Of a stretch of 64,000 bases of DNA, positions 37,768 to 51,088 are shown in pieces. This stretch comes from Phoronis australis. Its lineage: Eukaryota; Animalia; Phoronida. The position numbers and the translations under genes are program-made. A model generated the notes under the pieces. That model was given only the letters and a program-made list of their open reading frames with translations. It did no database searches and was not told the origin of the DNA. The stretch spans positions 1 through 64,000 of the forward strand of contig NMRA01000082.1 in NCBI GenBank assembly GCA_002633005.1, written 5' to 3'. Position 1 is the stretch's first letter. Each line of letters begins with the position of its first letter.

Positions 37768-40700
37768 TTAGATTTTCTAGTTAATGTTACTAAAAGCTAA
37801 GTCCATTATTCAGCCAAATTAATCAGGGACTTAGCCCTTAAGTTAGCTGCGTTGTATGAAAGCATCCCTACTTATTTTCAATATTATGGAGAACCCTACG
37901 AAGACTTCACTCTCAATTTGATTCAAAGTCAAAAACTGACTTATCTGTGACACTTAAACAACGTAGGAAAGGACAATCAGTATTTTCTCAAGCACACAAA
38001 TGCACTAAATTTAGGGAACTCAATTGAGTCCCTATGCGGGACTGCTCCATGCAACCGGTCACTGGATACCAAGGCGAAGAACAAGACCACCAGAATAAAA
38101 ACAAAGTAAAATTTGTACTAACCGATCTAAATCCGTTAAAGAATGAAGCTTCAAATACTTCTATGTACATGTAGCTGATCGCATTAAATTCCTCTTGACC
38201 GTAAGTTTGGAGAAAAATCACAAAAGAAACACGGAGTATAAAACAAGGTTAAATTCACATGCCTGTCGTTGTATCGTGCACGTTTGCATTGGTGAATTGT
38301 GGACAGTAGCTTACACCTTGCCTAGCCATTGGAAACCTTTACTAGTTTAGACACTTTTTGTCTTACCGGTACTTTTTAGATTCTTCATCAAATTGGCGCC
38401 CTTTACAACGTTGTTTGGCCCTCCTTCTGAATGAACGTTTAGTTTTAAAAAATATGTAACTTGCAATACCTTCACGGTTGCTTGAAGCACTTCGCGATAT
38501 TATGCTATTGAACGACGCGCTCGCGGAAAGCGATTTTTTGGCGTGCGCTCTTCAAGCTGTATTGCCAACAAAACCAAGATGGAGGACAAGTATAGTGTTT
38601 TGCTTTAGTATAAACTTTTCTATTGGGATTTTAGAAATTTTACTTTTAGATATTTAAGTTGTTGAATTATTTTCCTCGTGTTTTACACCTCTGTATTACA
38701 TGCACGTCCCATACTACGAAGTAAATTACTTTTCGTCGGCTTTGGTCGTGTGAGTTAGCAGTTATTAGTAACTCTTGATCGACAGCCTAAGTATTTGTTA
38801 CAATGATATTTTGATGAAATTTCCCAGAGCTTTTGCTTATGTTGTTACACGTTGCATTGAAACAAGAATATTCTCGAACATTGTGGCATAAATTAATGCG
38901 AATTATTGGTGCTTGTTTGATTAGTAGTTTAGTGTTTAATGACACTATTTTAGTTAAAAACTTCATGAAACGGGTCTTTAATAAAATACTTTTATTCTTT
39001 CGAATTGGCATCGAATATTTTCAAAATGAACTGATGGAAAGAAAATACAAGTCTTTACATTTTTTCACTTGCGTTGGCAAGTAATTATTGTCGCCTATCA
39101 GCCCACCAGCAGTTGACTATTCAGAGGAGCCGAGATCCATAGACAAAAGTTCATAAATAACCTGGAAGTTGGTGTGTTCAAATAGCCCCATAACATTCAC
39201 ATAACTGACAGTGTAAGCCGGTAAACTGCAATTGTAAGGTGCCGTTTTTGCCATCGATCATTTGTTACTTCAACAGAAATTTGCATTTTTCTCTTGCGTC
39301 AGCTCCGTAGAGTGTTAGTACATCAGCTTGTTTACTCTTTGTTGTTCTTTAGGTAGGACAGTGTGAACGTGTCATATACACATGCCTAACTTGAAAGCGT
39401 ACAGTTGTGTACTTAAAGTACAGTTTCAGGAAGTACAGTTGCAAAGTGTAAGCTCTAATATGACACTACCAGTCAGCAGATATACATGAGTGTCTCAAGT
39501 AATGACCTTCAATTCAGAAGACATAACTGGTCAATAATTTTTTATATAGTAAATTTGTATTAAATGTTACAGATCTCCTGCATTGAGACTACTAGTTGGT
39601 GGTTTGTATACTATAAAATTTCGGTCCTATTTAGGACTAATAGTTTCGATTCAATTCTGTCTATGTTGTAGTCTGCTGTAAAGTAGTTTTTACATAATAA
39701 ACGGTCCAGTCCTGGAAGATGAAGCTTGCAATGCAAGGTAATTTGTATTTGTATAGCTGCGCCAAACTTGCATTTTGGAAACTGGTATGGCCTCAGCTCA
39801 GTATTCAACAGGGGTTTAACACTGAATTGCAAGTGACCATTAGCGGAGAAGGTTAAAATGAGATAAAATTTAGGACTCTGCTATAGAAATGCCAACGAAC
39901 TGAAAATAAAACTGTGCTGTAAGTAGCAAGCTGCTAACTTGATAACTACTTGTAGTATTCACTAAACAGTTGTCTAAAAATTAAACCACTACAAAGCTTT
40001 TAACACTCACTACATACATCAGTGGGAAACATTTTACAAAATTGTCTAGTACTTTTTTGAAGGTCTGTTCTTTTTCCATTTTTAAGGTGGTTCATATTAA
40101 TTTTAGCAGGCCCTCGCAGACTCCTATAGGAACTTTAGTTTGCAGTCTTCAGTTTGGTTTAAATAGATGTGCAGTCATATAATTCAAATCACTTTTTTAA
40201 GAGAATAGAANGTACAGTTTCAGGAAGTACAGTTGCAAAGTGTAAGCTCTAATATGACACTACCAGTCAGCAGATATACATGAGTGTCCCAAGTAATGAC
40301 CTTCAATTCAGAAGACATAACTGGTCAATAATTTTTTATATAGTAAATTTGTATTAAATGTTACAGATCTCCTGCATTGAGACTACTAGTTGGTGGTTTC
40401 TATACTATAAAATTTCGGTCCTATTTAGGACTAATAGTTTCGATTCAATTCTGTCTATGTTGTAGTCTGCTGTAAAGTAGTTTTTACATAATAAACGGTC
40501 CAGTCCTGGAAGATGAAGCTTGCAATGCAAGGTAATTTGTATTTGTATAGCTGCACCAAACTTGCATATTGGAAACTGGTATGGCCTCAGCTCAGTATTC
40601 AACAGGGGTTTAACACTGAATTGCAAGTGACCATTAGCGGAGAAGGTTAAAATGAGATAAAATTTAGGACTCTGCTATAGAAATGCCAACGAACTGAAAA

Positions 40701-43556
40701 TAAAACTGTGCTGTAAGCAGCAAGCTGCTAACTTCATAACTACTTGTAGTATTCACTAAACAGTTGTCTAAAAATTAAACCACTACAAAGCTCACTACAT
40801 ACATCAGTGGGAAACATTTTACAAAATTGTCTAGTACATTTTTGAAGGTCTGTTCTTTTTCCATTTTTAAGGTGGTTCATATTAATTTTAGCAGGGCCTC
40901 GCAGACTCCAATAGGATTCAAATCACTTTTTTAAGAAAATCGAATATTTTTCTAAGAACTCAAAAAAGATTTGATGAGTTCCAAACGCGCACCCAGCTTA
41001 AAATATAGGGGGGCTCGAATTAATCCAAATGCGGATCTTTTACTGGAAAAAATCAACGAGGACTAAAAAACAGGGCCACTAGTTTCAGGCCTGCCAATTG
41101 TGTTTCCGCGCTGAATTCCTGTGAACTTTGTGAAATTTTGTCTCGTTCTCTAGGACTGAGGCGGACCTTTTTCCCCAATTCGCCAAATTGGGGGGCTCTT
41201 TCGCGCTCCCCTAGCCCCCCCCCCCACCCCTGGGTGCGCCCATGAGTTCATAGTCTGAAATAATGAAAATAATTCTATAATTCTTTGATTGTCCAATATA
41301 GAATGTCAGCCCGATCAACCAGTTGTTGTTTATAATTCATTTACAAGAGACAAGTGTTACTACTCAATTCCTTATCAAATCTGCAATAATGCAAAAACAG
41401 CATAAAAATATATTTTACAAATGCTTTCAGGATTTCCAAGTGTTTTGCCTAGAAGAAGGTGTACCAGCCTTTGACAAACTGCAACGAAATGTGATGACAC
41501 TGAAGCCAGAGACTGATCAGAATGCGTCAAACGACAAGCTTTTGTCCCAATTCCCGTGACGTCACAGTTAAGTCTCGCATAATCTCGCGTTATTGTTATC
41601 AACTCGCAAAAGGACTATTACAAAACATGAAACCCAGGGAACCGGTAGGGCAGTTAAATTTTGACATCGACAATAGTAGGGGGCTACGACTAAAAATATG
41701 GGTACACATCACATGTGTAACCACAAAAACTAAAGAGTTACTTTTTCAGGCAAGCGACGTGTTGCGCGCTTCGGATGTTTTTGTCCGTTTTAGGTGACAA
41801 GAGGCGCTTTTTTTTCCTTGACAATTTCGTTGAGGTATGTTTCAGAAAATCGTATTGTAGGTCATTTTTTCTGTGCTTGTTAATGTAGGTACACAGCAAC
41901 TGAAAAAATGCATAAATCACGTCATTGTAAATCTCCATATCGCTTCGTTATGGCCACTCCGACTTCGATGGATTTTGGCTCCTTCAAACACTTCATCATG
42001 GTCTATTTTTGAAGTTCGTTAACGAAAACGCGTACCAGGATTTTAAGGTTGGTGCCCTTCCCCTCGAGTTAAATATAGCAAATTTGACATGTAGATGATG
42101 GTGATATTTATGCGTTCCATGACGAGAATTCCGTCAATTCAAGTTTTGCCTAATTCAGAAGATTTTCATTCATTTTCATACCTAGGTCGCTGGCAAAATA
42201 TGATACCATCAAAATTTTAGTCTAAATGTTTCCAAACTGGGTTTTTGGCCATAATAGTAATAGGAATCTGATTATGAGCGGGCAAGAGAAAACGATTATG
42301 TTTGCAACGTTTCGTTTATTCAAAGTTATGGAGCCTAAACGTCAGAAAATATTTGTTTTCTATTTCTCGCTTGTAATGATTTTCAAGGGTCTCCGTTATT
42401 CAGTTTCGGCTAGGTCGTCGCTTTCTCGAAAACCTACCGATTGGATGATCAACTACGCACTTATTTGTTCTCCGTTTTAACGTTGATGATCGTGAATACA
42501 CCTCTGAAAATTGCGCATCGTCGTTGCGCAAACTACATGTACATTGAGATTTAAGTCTCCCGAAATAAGTTGACGATCGGATAGTGTTTAAAAGTCTAGT
42601 TCTCAATTTCTTCAGTTAGCGCGCCAATGAAATAAATGAAAGTAGTTCTGCTTGTAGCCTCAGCTGTTGGTAGCATTATCTCGATTTATGACCCACAACG
42701 CGTGACTGGACAAAGAATTTTCAAATTAGTGTAGATAAGCCGGTAGAGCTTGAGACCCCTGAGGTCCCAGTCGAGTCCTCACGACAATTCCACGACATGT
42801 TTTTCCATAAACTGTGTAATATGAACACAATGAGAAAAGGTAACGAAAAACCTTGGGTCATTTATTTTTTTTTTAAATTTTGATTTTCCAAAAGCTTAAT
42901 TTTTCCTAGTACTTTCCAAACAAATGATGTCACTGTTGTCAAAAACGTCCTATAGTCTCATCCAAACCACCAATAAAGAATTACAAGCATGAAGTCCATT
43001 GTTTTTGTATTTTGTTATTGAGATTTCTCAAAAAGCAAAATATTCAGTCAAAATTTCCCACCATCATCTAAAAACTCTGGCAACGATATGAAAGTTCATT
43101 CATCATTAGATTTGGAACAGCCCAAAATCTATCAACGAGTCGATCATGAAGTTAGAAAATCACGGTCTAAGTTTTGTAGTAGTGATTACCTGCTATTTTT
43201 GTTAAACTTTCACTGACAGTGTGAGCATGCAATACACAAGATTTACTATGCGCAATAAAAAGGTACCAGAGCCCACGCAAAATTACGTCATATGGAGGTC
43301 ACAAAGTATTGTTTAATTTCCTAGATCCATGTGACGGACGGAAGCATGTCGCATAGCTATCACCTAGAGGACCCTTCCATAGTTTTCCTTTGTTGCGCTT
43401 TTGTTGGATATACATGTAACAATACAGGTCGCTTGGATATCGTACCTTGGACCCATACCGGCCCGTTAGCGATAAATCACACCCGTCTTTGGCCATAGTA
43501 GGATCAAAAAACCGACAAGCACCTTAATGTAACCTTATTGCCTTTTTGTACATAAC

Positions 43557-43882
43557 CTGATGATGTGTAATGAACAGACGAAACCTCAAATCAATATGCA
43601 CTTTTTTATTTTTGTGGCAATTGTCATGTTATTCATGCAACCAGCAGCATGGTTTTTTAATATTCAGCAATTTCTTCATAGTCATTGGCCATTCAGGACC
43701 AGCATGCTGGTTCTCTGAATAACATGCAGAGCTCAGTGACTCTACAGTTATTGTGATGAACTTTACCTTTCCCTGTAGTTCTTGCTACACTCATTTCATT
43801 TGGATGTAACCTGAATGGTATGTCGACAATTAATATCTTTTTGTATATAACCTGATGATGTCTAGTTAACAGACGAAACGTC
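43557..43882 (+). ncRNA. Two hammerhead-ribozyme-like cores 295 bp apart
   Basis: CTGATGA-T-GTCT-agttaac-AGAC-GAAAC-GTC at 43852-43882 and a degenerate CTGATGA-T-GTGT..AGAC-GAAAC-CTC at 43557-43587, in repeated ~85-bp context; stem I is not convincingly paired. Confidence 0.45.
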
Positions 43883-44544
43883 GAATGAGCATGAAATTTT
43901 TATTTGTGCGGCGATTGTCCGTTTTTGATCTTACTCATAAATGTTTGCCAATGTCTTTATTATACGAAAGAAAAACATAGTGAACAATGGATATGCCTAT
44001 CTGTCGAAATCTATGCGACGAGCTTGCGACCTAGTTTCCCGTCACAGTGCAAGTTGTTCTAGGAAATAAGTACTGTATAACTTATGTGCAGCTATACCGT
44101 AGTGAGTTACTCAAATCTTCAGTGCATCCCTGAGCAAAAACGCAAATTGAATTTGTTCGTTCTGATGAATTGCTTTGTGTAATGCTGTGACAACAGGTCA
44201 ATTTTTTGTTTAAGCTTAATGCGTTATCCTGGGTTTCTTACAGTCAGTTACCATTCAAGTGTGTTTAGCAGAGGAAAGAAAATTTTCAGAGAAGGTATCA
44301 AAGTGAAAACTCCAAATTTTTATCAATTTCAGTTTTTTACCAAAAAAAAGTCAACGACTAATCAAAGATCAGAACAACATAAAATTCTGAAATACTAATA
44401 AATCCGGTTATCAATAATAAAGTGTCATTGAGAAACCTCTTCAAAAAATAATCGCAGGCGGTCTGATACGCGTTTTACCAGGCGTGCGCAGGCTGGGCAT
44501 GTGGGTTCATTGCATTGAACACCTGGAAACATGTGTATGCTTTA

Positions 44545-44678
44545 TTAATATATAGCTAAAACCGAGTTGAGGAGCTGGCAACCTGACTCAAGGCTCTAGC
44601 AGTGTGGCCCAGTGGGATTCGAACCCACGACCTCGATTAAAGAAGGCGGGCACCATCACGCTAGGCCTACTGCCTCCT
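44545..44678 (-). mobile_element. tRNA-derived SINE
   Basis: Minus strand A-box-like TAGGCCTAGCGTGATGG and B box GGGTTCGAATCCC (44614-44626), followed by non-tRNA body; no full cloverleaf. Confidence 0.6.
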
Positions 44679-44840
44679 CTGAGGAACCTCTTAAAGACAC
44701 CATTACATTGGTTATCAAACGGTGCTTTGTATACCTTTAACAGTAGCTAGCTGTTCTATTTGTAGAGACCTGACTTATCGGGTTATCCATACGAGCAACC
44801 CGATAGTAGACGAAGTTGGCAAAAGATAATCACTACAAAG

Positions 44841-46031
44841 ATGGAATACACGACACGATCTGCAGGCAATAACTCTTGGTTATTTGTGAACGCTGGCCAT
44901 TCTGACGGCAGTGAGTTTACACATGTAGGACCTGACATGTCCGGCTGCAGTCAAGAGAATGATAGCTACCACTCGGGGTTGAAGAGTTTCTACTTTGCCT
45001 ACGGTGGTGCCCATGGCTATTTCAGTATGTTGGTGTCCATCTTTGGCATCCTATCCAACGTGGCCAACATTGTTGTTCTTACTCGCAAGAACATGCGCTC
45101 GTCTGTCAACCTGATCCTCATGTGGCTTGCGGTCGCCGATTTCCTAACAATGGTTGTCTATCTCCCATTCTCTATTCACTTTTATATTCTACGTGACAAC
45201 AGCCTGGGGCCATTGGTCAGTCATAGCCAGCACTGGAACTTATACCTGCTGATATTCAGCCATACATCAATCGTTTTTCACACCTGCGCAATATGGCTGA
45301 CCATAGCCCTGGCAGTATTCCGTGTTCTCTGCGTTTTGCTCCCCATGAAAGGGCCACCACTGTGTTCTATGACTCGCGCCAAGATCGCTGTTGTAAGCAC
45401 AATCGCAACTGTCAATGTGACAGCGGTCCCCAACTATCTAACTAATGGTGCCGTACTTCTTGGATGCAATGGACAGACTGTTTACACTGTGGGATACAGT
45501 CAGCTGGCCGCGGAACACCCCGCGCTGCCTAATGCCAACTACTGGATTCAGGCGACACTGTTTAAACTGGTGCCATGCACATTACTGACTATTCTCACAG
45601 TACTAGTGGTTCACACTATCCACCAGGCCAACAAACGACGCCTGAAACTCATGTCGCACGGTAAGAACGACGAGAGTAAACGCCAACAGGATACCAATAT
45701 GACGATGCGTATGTTGCTGGCTGTCGTCGTACTATTTCTGATCACTGAGTTGCCTCAAGGTATATTCACCATTCTCAACGGCACGCTGCCCGGGTTCGTT
45801 GACCAGATCTACACACCACTAGGGGACCTTTTGGACATCCTAACACTTCTTAACAACTCGGTAAACTTCGTTCTCTACTGCACAATGAGCCGACATTTCC
45901 GGCAGACATTTGCCAACATTTTCTGCAAGTGGCTACCCAAGCGTCGCTACCGAGAGCAGGCACCGCAGAAAACAAATAGAGTAAGTGCCGACATCAGTGC
46001 ATCCGTCTCTATGGAGATGACAAAAATGTAG
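44841..46031 (+). CDS. Rhodopsin-class neuropeptide GPCR, myosuppressin-receptor/DMSR/myomodulin-receptor-like, intronless CDS
   Basis: 396 aa intact ORF with seven hydrophobic segments and family motifs HGY..FGILSN.ANIVVLTRKNM, LAVAD, HTCAIWLTIALAVFR, LFKLVPC, MLLAVVVLFLITELPQG, LGDLLDIL.LLN..VNFVLYCTMSRHFRQTF. Confidence 0.92.
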   Translation: MEYTTRSAGNNSWLFVNAGHSDGSEFTHVGPDMSGCSQENDSYHSGLKSFYFAYGGAHGYFSMLVSIFGILSNVANIVVLTRKNMRSSVNLILMWLAVADFLTMVVYLPFSIHFYILRDNSLGPLVSHSQHWNLYLLIFSHTSIVFHTCAIWLTIALAVFRVLCVLLPMKGPPLCSMTRAKIAVVSTIATVNVTAVPNYLTNGAVLLGCNGQTVYTVGYSQLAAEHPALPNANYWIQATLFKLVPCTLLTILTVLVVHTIHQANKRRLKLMSHGKNDESKRQQDTNMTMRMLLAVVVLFLITELPQGIFTILNGTLPGFVDQIYTPLGDLLDILTLLNNSVNFVLYCTMSRHFRQTFANIFCKWLPKRRYREQAPQKTNRVSADISASVSMEMTKM

Positions 46032-49000
46032 ACTAATAATGGAGATCTGTCATGAAACTTGGAATGTTGTGAAGTTACGTTATAGCCATATTGTACGAGA
46101 TATTTGATGCAAAACTTTCCTTCCGTTGGGGTAAATCTGTGCTTGGACAATTAGATAGTATCATAAATATTCTTTATTTACAGACATAAGAAAATAAAGA
46201 AAATTTTCATTTTTCAAAGGTTTGCAGCCGCAAGTGCTCAAGATTTTACAAGATAATTTCTATTGCCTATTAGACGCATAACAAGCCAAACAAATGAAGA
46301 AATGTAGATTTTATGCACGTTTAGTTTGGTTCAATTATACATGACAAAATAAATTAAATTTGCTTGTGGTGTTATGTGCTAAATTAAAGAACGCTTGTAG
46401 ACCCGATGTGAGTCAATACTTGCATGTCTTGTTGTAACCTAAGTTACCAGAACTTCTTGGTGGAATAGGTAGAATTCTGTGCTATCTTCTTTTCTGTGAT
46501 CTTTTCTGTATATCAATCAGACTTTGGCCTTACCTGGATCATCTCTTGTGTAATTTACTTTTAACTCAACATTTTAACAAATTAATTCCGAAATACTTTT
46601 GAAAAAGCAGCAAGTCCTATTGTTAATTCTGAAATTTCGCATTTGTAAAAAATAACTAAATTCTCAAGAGCTGATTTTAGTCAAGGAAAAATGGACTCGA
46701 GATCATAATATAATTTATTTCAAACACGCTTTGAAGTTGAAATTTGGAATTCTGGTTCCTTGATTAAGTTTTACTAGATTCACCAATACATAAGAGAGAG
46801 CAGTGTATACACAGATCATTTTCGTGACATTTTGGTATATGGAAAACATTATTTAATCATATTCACCAAAATTCATTATGAAAATGTTAATATACTCTAC
46901 AATTTATCTTCTTATGCAAGCTTTTGGGTTGTATGACTTTCCCACAAACCTTTTAAAATATCACCTCGAAAAATGTGATGTCATCTGTGAAAATTAAAAT
47001 TCCTTAATTTCGGATGCATTGGTCAATTACGCAAAACGGAATTTTGGCAGAAAAGGGCACGGTGTTCACACATGTTAACTTAAGTGAAGAGCATCTTTCC
47101 TGTGAAAAAAATTGCAGACATTGACAGTACTGTTAATGTTTATTCTCTTCTGGTCAAGTATTATTGTTTCAAAATCATGGAATGTGAGAGCAATCACTTA
47201 ATTTTCAGTATCTCAAAAAGAAATCTTTATTATAATTCCCGGTTTCAAATGCACAACATTCTTTGTGTAGAAGCCAAAACGCAAACATTCGAAGAACTCA
47301 AAATCTAGAAAAACGTTTTCTTACACCAGCGAGAGAAAATCAGTAAGCAGTGAACTATGAATAAAGTTGTCAACATATAAAATTGACATGATACAACAAA
47401 CAAAATCAATCATTAAGTCAATTGGAAGTGGCTTTTGAACAACCTGTGAAAATTTCGCATTTTCCTGATGTGCATCAGTTAAGGCGCCTGATACGGAAAA
47501 AATAATTCGGTGACCAGCACTTTATGGTAGACAAAGACCAAAATACAAAATATAAAAAGGAATGCAACGATAACTGAGTTGAACCTCTTAACATCTCGTA
47601 AATCAACCATCTCTATTTCATCAAGGACTTATTTTCAAAATATGAATTTTTGCAGAAATGTACTGGAATTACTAAGTGCAATCATACAGGTCAAACAACT
47701 TGTTTTTTAATTACATAGCTGACATGCCATTGTTCGAAAGGTTCATGAGCCACTTAAAGAAAAGACCAATGAAGACAAAATACAGAAATTTATCAGCAAC
47801 TGCTAGATGAGTGAGTTCGACTCCGGCTAGGCCTATCCTTTTCACTTAAAAGCAAATTCCGAGCGCGGGATTCAAACTAGAAATAGTTAAATTAGGCTAG
47901 AGTATTTTCTGTTCCTAGATATGGAATTCAGCATACACTGAAACTGCAAGCACCAAAAGAAGAAATTCTGAAATTAACCATTCGTTTATAATTAGAAGTA
48001 TTTTGTTGCGTAATTGATTGTATTACAACCACATCTTTAAGTGAACATTCAACAAAAGAATTAAGCTTTACAATTGAGCATGATAACGGGGGCTTTGCTC
48101 GAAATTCCAAAATGATAAAAGCATGTAAAAATTTGGAAAAATTATCAGAAAGGAGCGATAGTTACAGGCGACTTTCAAACGAATGTTCAGTTCAGAAAGA
48201 AACTCCATTCCTCTCATGAAAATGAGTTGATCACGGGTCCATCTTTGAAAATGTTGAACTAACAATAATTTATTATGTTGAGGTAGACATTATCTGTCTA
48301 CAAATTTCGTCATAGAACCTTAAGAAATCAAGTAAGTAGCCAAATTCATTGACATCATAGGCCAGGTAAAAAAGAAAGTTAACATGCTTACATGATTATC
48401 ACCTGCGGCTCGTCTAGACAGTTGCACCGCTAGGAAAATTTTGATTTTCATTTTTATAAGATGACGTCATCGGAAGGGTTGTTAGACTTGTAGGCCTATG
48501 ACAAAATCTGCTTTACTGTCCTGCATTCACATAAAGCTAATACCACATCCTCTTCAGCTAAGTCAAGTTTCACCTTGTTTAAGACACTGACAGAAAACGG
48601 CTTATTACTTTCTAAAGTCAGAATTGGAGTAGAAAAGTGCTGCATAAAAGCGGTTAGATGGGACGACATTAGGGCAGCTGGAGCAACCAATTCCTGGATG
48701 CACCAACTGGTGGCGATGAGGTCACTACGTTATTTAGTTCGTTCTTCTGCCGAATGGTGGCAGAAAAAAGCTGTGCAAATGAGAAATAAGTCTGTGATTA
48801 ACCAATTGTCTGTGATTAACCATGTCTGGAAGAACGTGCATTGTCCACAAGGGTAAGACAGAGTGGGAGGTCAACCACCACTATCCCTTTATAGCATGAC
48901 ATACTTGGACATGTGACGCTGCAAACAGACATTAAACACGTTTCTAAAGGGCCACTAGAAATAATGTTTGTTTCATCTTACTTTCAAGACAGTAATGGCA

Positions 49001-50916
49001 CACTTTCAAACTTTGAAACTAAGTAATTTTGAGAAACGCTTGTCCTGACGATGATATTATATCCTGTAACTATATAAAGCAGCTTCTAGGTAATCATATC
49101 CTGTAACTATATAAAGCAGCTTCTAGGTGCAGTCATGCTGCTGGAAACGATGCTTACAAAGGCTGAGTCAGTCAACCGACTATTATTATGTGGCACAGGT
49201 TTATATATCTGCAGTTTTGTGAACACAAGTTTACTGCAATACAGGTCATGTGATACTGTTTGAATGATTTATTTTTCTATTCATGTCATGAGAAAATCGA
49301 CCTGCTACGTCAAAGTGCAATGCCTGGGCCTTGAATTGGCTAACAATGTTTAAAAAAACCACTGCCAAGTGAAATGAAAATGCTCCGTACAAACGCTTTT
49401 TTCTGACACTTGCCAACAGAAATTCTTTAAATAAAAAATAGGATAACGCTTCTTTCAAGAGAGAGTGGGAAGGAAAAACATGTTTACCTTTTACCTGGCC
49501 TCCATAATGCCATCAGTGAGAAAGTTTAAAATGGCTTAACTCAGATGGAACCAAACTGGTTAGTTCCAGTAACATATTATGCCACAGGTTATGCAGATCA
49601 ATGGATTTTTCAGAACGGTCCAGTTTGTTGTACACATTTAACCCATGGGTAACTTTGGTGTTTGTAGTCAGATGGGATAAAGTTGAAAGTATATCACTGT
49701 TTTCATTTCCGTCTAGTATGGCATGTACTGNAAAGCTAATACCACATCCTCTTCAGCTAAGTCAAGTTTCACCTTGTTTAAGACACTGACAAAAAACGTC
49801 TTATTACTTTCTAAAGTCAGAATTGGAGTAGAAAAGTGCTGCATAAAAGCGGTTAGATGGGACGACATTAGGGCAGCTGGAGCAATCAATTCCTGGATGC
49901 ACCAACTGGTGGCGATGAGGTCACTACGTTATTTAGTTCGTTCTTCTGCCGAATGGTGGCAGAAAAAAGCTGTGCAAATGAGAAATAAGTCTGTGATTAA
50001 CCAATTGTCTGTGATTAACCATGTCTGGAAGAACGTGCATTGTCCACAAGGGTAAGACAGAGTGGGAGGTCAACCACCACTATCCCTTTATAGCATGACA
50101 TACTTGGACATGTGACGCTGCAAACAGACATTAAACACGTTTCTAAAGGGCCACTAGAAATAATGTTTGTTTCATCTTACTTTCAAGACAGTAATGGCAC
50201 ACTTTCAAACTTTGAAACTAAGTAATTTTGAGAAACGCTTGTCCTGACGATGATATTATATCCTGTAACTATATAAAGCAGCTTCTAGGTGATCATATCC
50301 TGTAACTATATAAAGCAGCTTCTAGGTGCAGTCATGCTGCTGGAAACGATGCTTACAAAGGCTGAGTCAGTCAACCGACTATTATTATGTGGCACAAGTT
50401 TATATTTCTGCAGTTTCGTGAACACAAGTTTACTGCAATACAGGTCATGTGATACTGTTTGAATGATTTATTTTTCTATTCATGTCATGAGAAAATCGAC
50501 CTGCTACGTCAAAGTGTAATGCCTGGGCCTTGAATTGGCTAACAATGTTTAAAAAACCACTGCCAAGTGAAATGAAAATGTTCCGTACAAACGCTTTTTT
50601 CTGACACTTGCCAACAGAAATTCTTTAAATAAAAAATAGGATAACGCTTCTTTCAAGAGAGAGTGGGAAGAAAAAACATGTTTACCTCTTACCTGGCCTC
50701 CATAATGCCATCAGTGAGGAAGTTTAAAATGGCTTAACTCAGATGGAACCAAACTGGTTAGTTCCAGTAACATATTATGCCACAGGTTATGGATTTGTCA
50801 GAACTGTCCAGTTTGTTGTACACATTTAACCCATGGGTAACTTTGGTGTTTGTAGTCAGATGGGATAAAGTTGAAAGTATATCACTGTTTTCATTTCCAT
50901 CTAGTATGGCATGTAC

Positions 50917-50996
50917 TGTGATCAGTGGTAAACGCCGGGATGCCCAGATCTTAATACTTTAAGTAAGATCTGGACAGACGTTTACCACTGACCACA
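50917..50996. repeat. 80-bp hairpin / miniature foldback
   Basis: TGTGATCAGTGGTAAACG..CCAGATCTTA pairs with TAAGATCTGG..CGTTTACCACTGACCACA. Confidence 0.8.
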
Positions 50997-51088
50997 ATTA
51001 AAAGTCAAAATGCCACATTGGCGGACATTTAGTTTGCTCCTGATGTTCTTCGTGGTTGGTTTAGTCAGCCTTGTATGACTGGAGTTAA

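Noticed and set aside
39611-40626. Duplicated 73-aa ORF MQFSVKPLL..
   Set aside because: No recognisable domain; repeated only because of the n-gap duplication.
44600-44678. tRNA gene
   Set aside because: Only A/B boxes and T-arm are recognisable; no convincing acceptor or anticodon stem, so called a SINE. Similar B-box fragments at ~29710 and ~47815 also rejected.
48496-50055. Duplicated short ORFs, possibly an integrase-core transposase remnant on the minus strand
   Set aside because: Only faint, frameshifted motif resemblance; duplication is n-gap associated; not enough to name.
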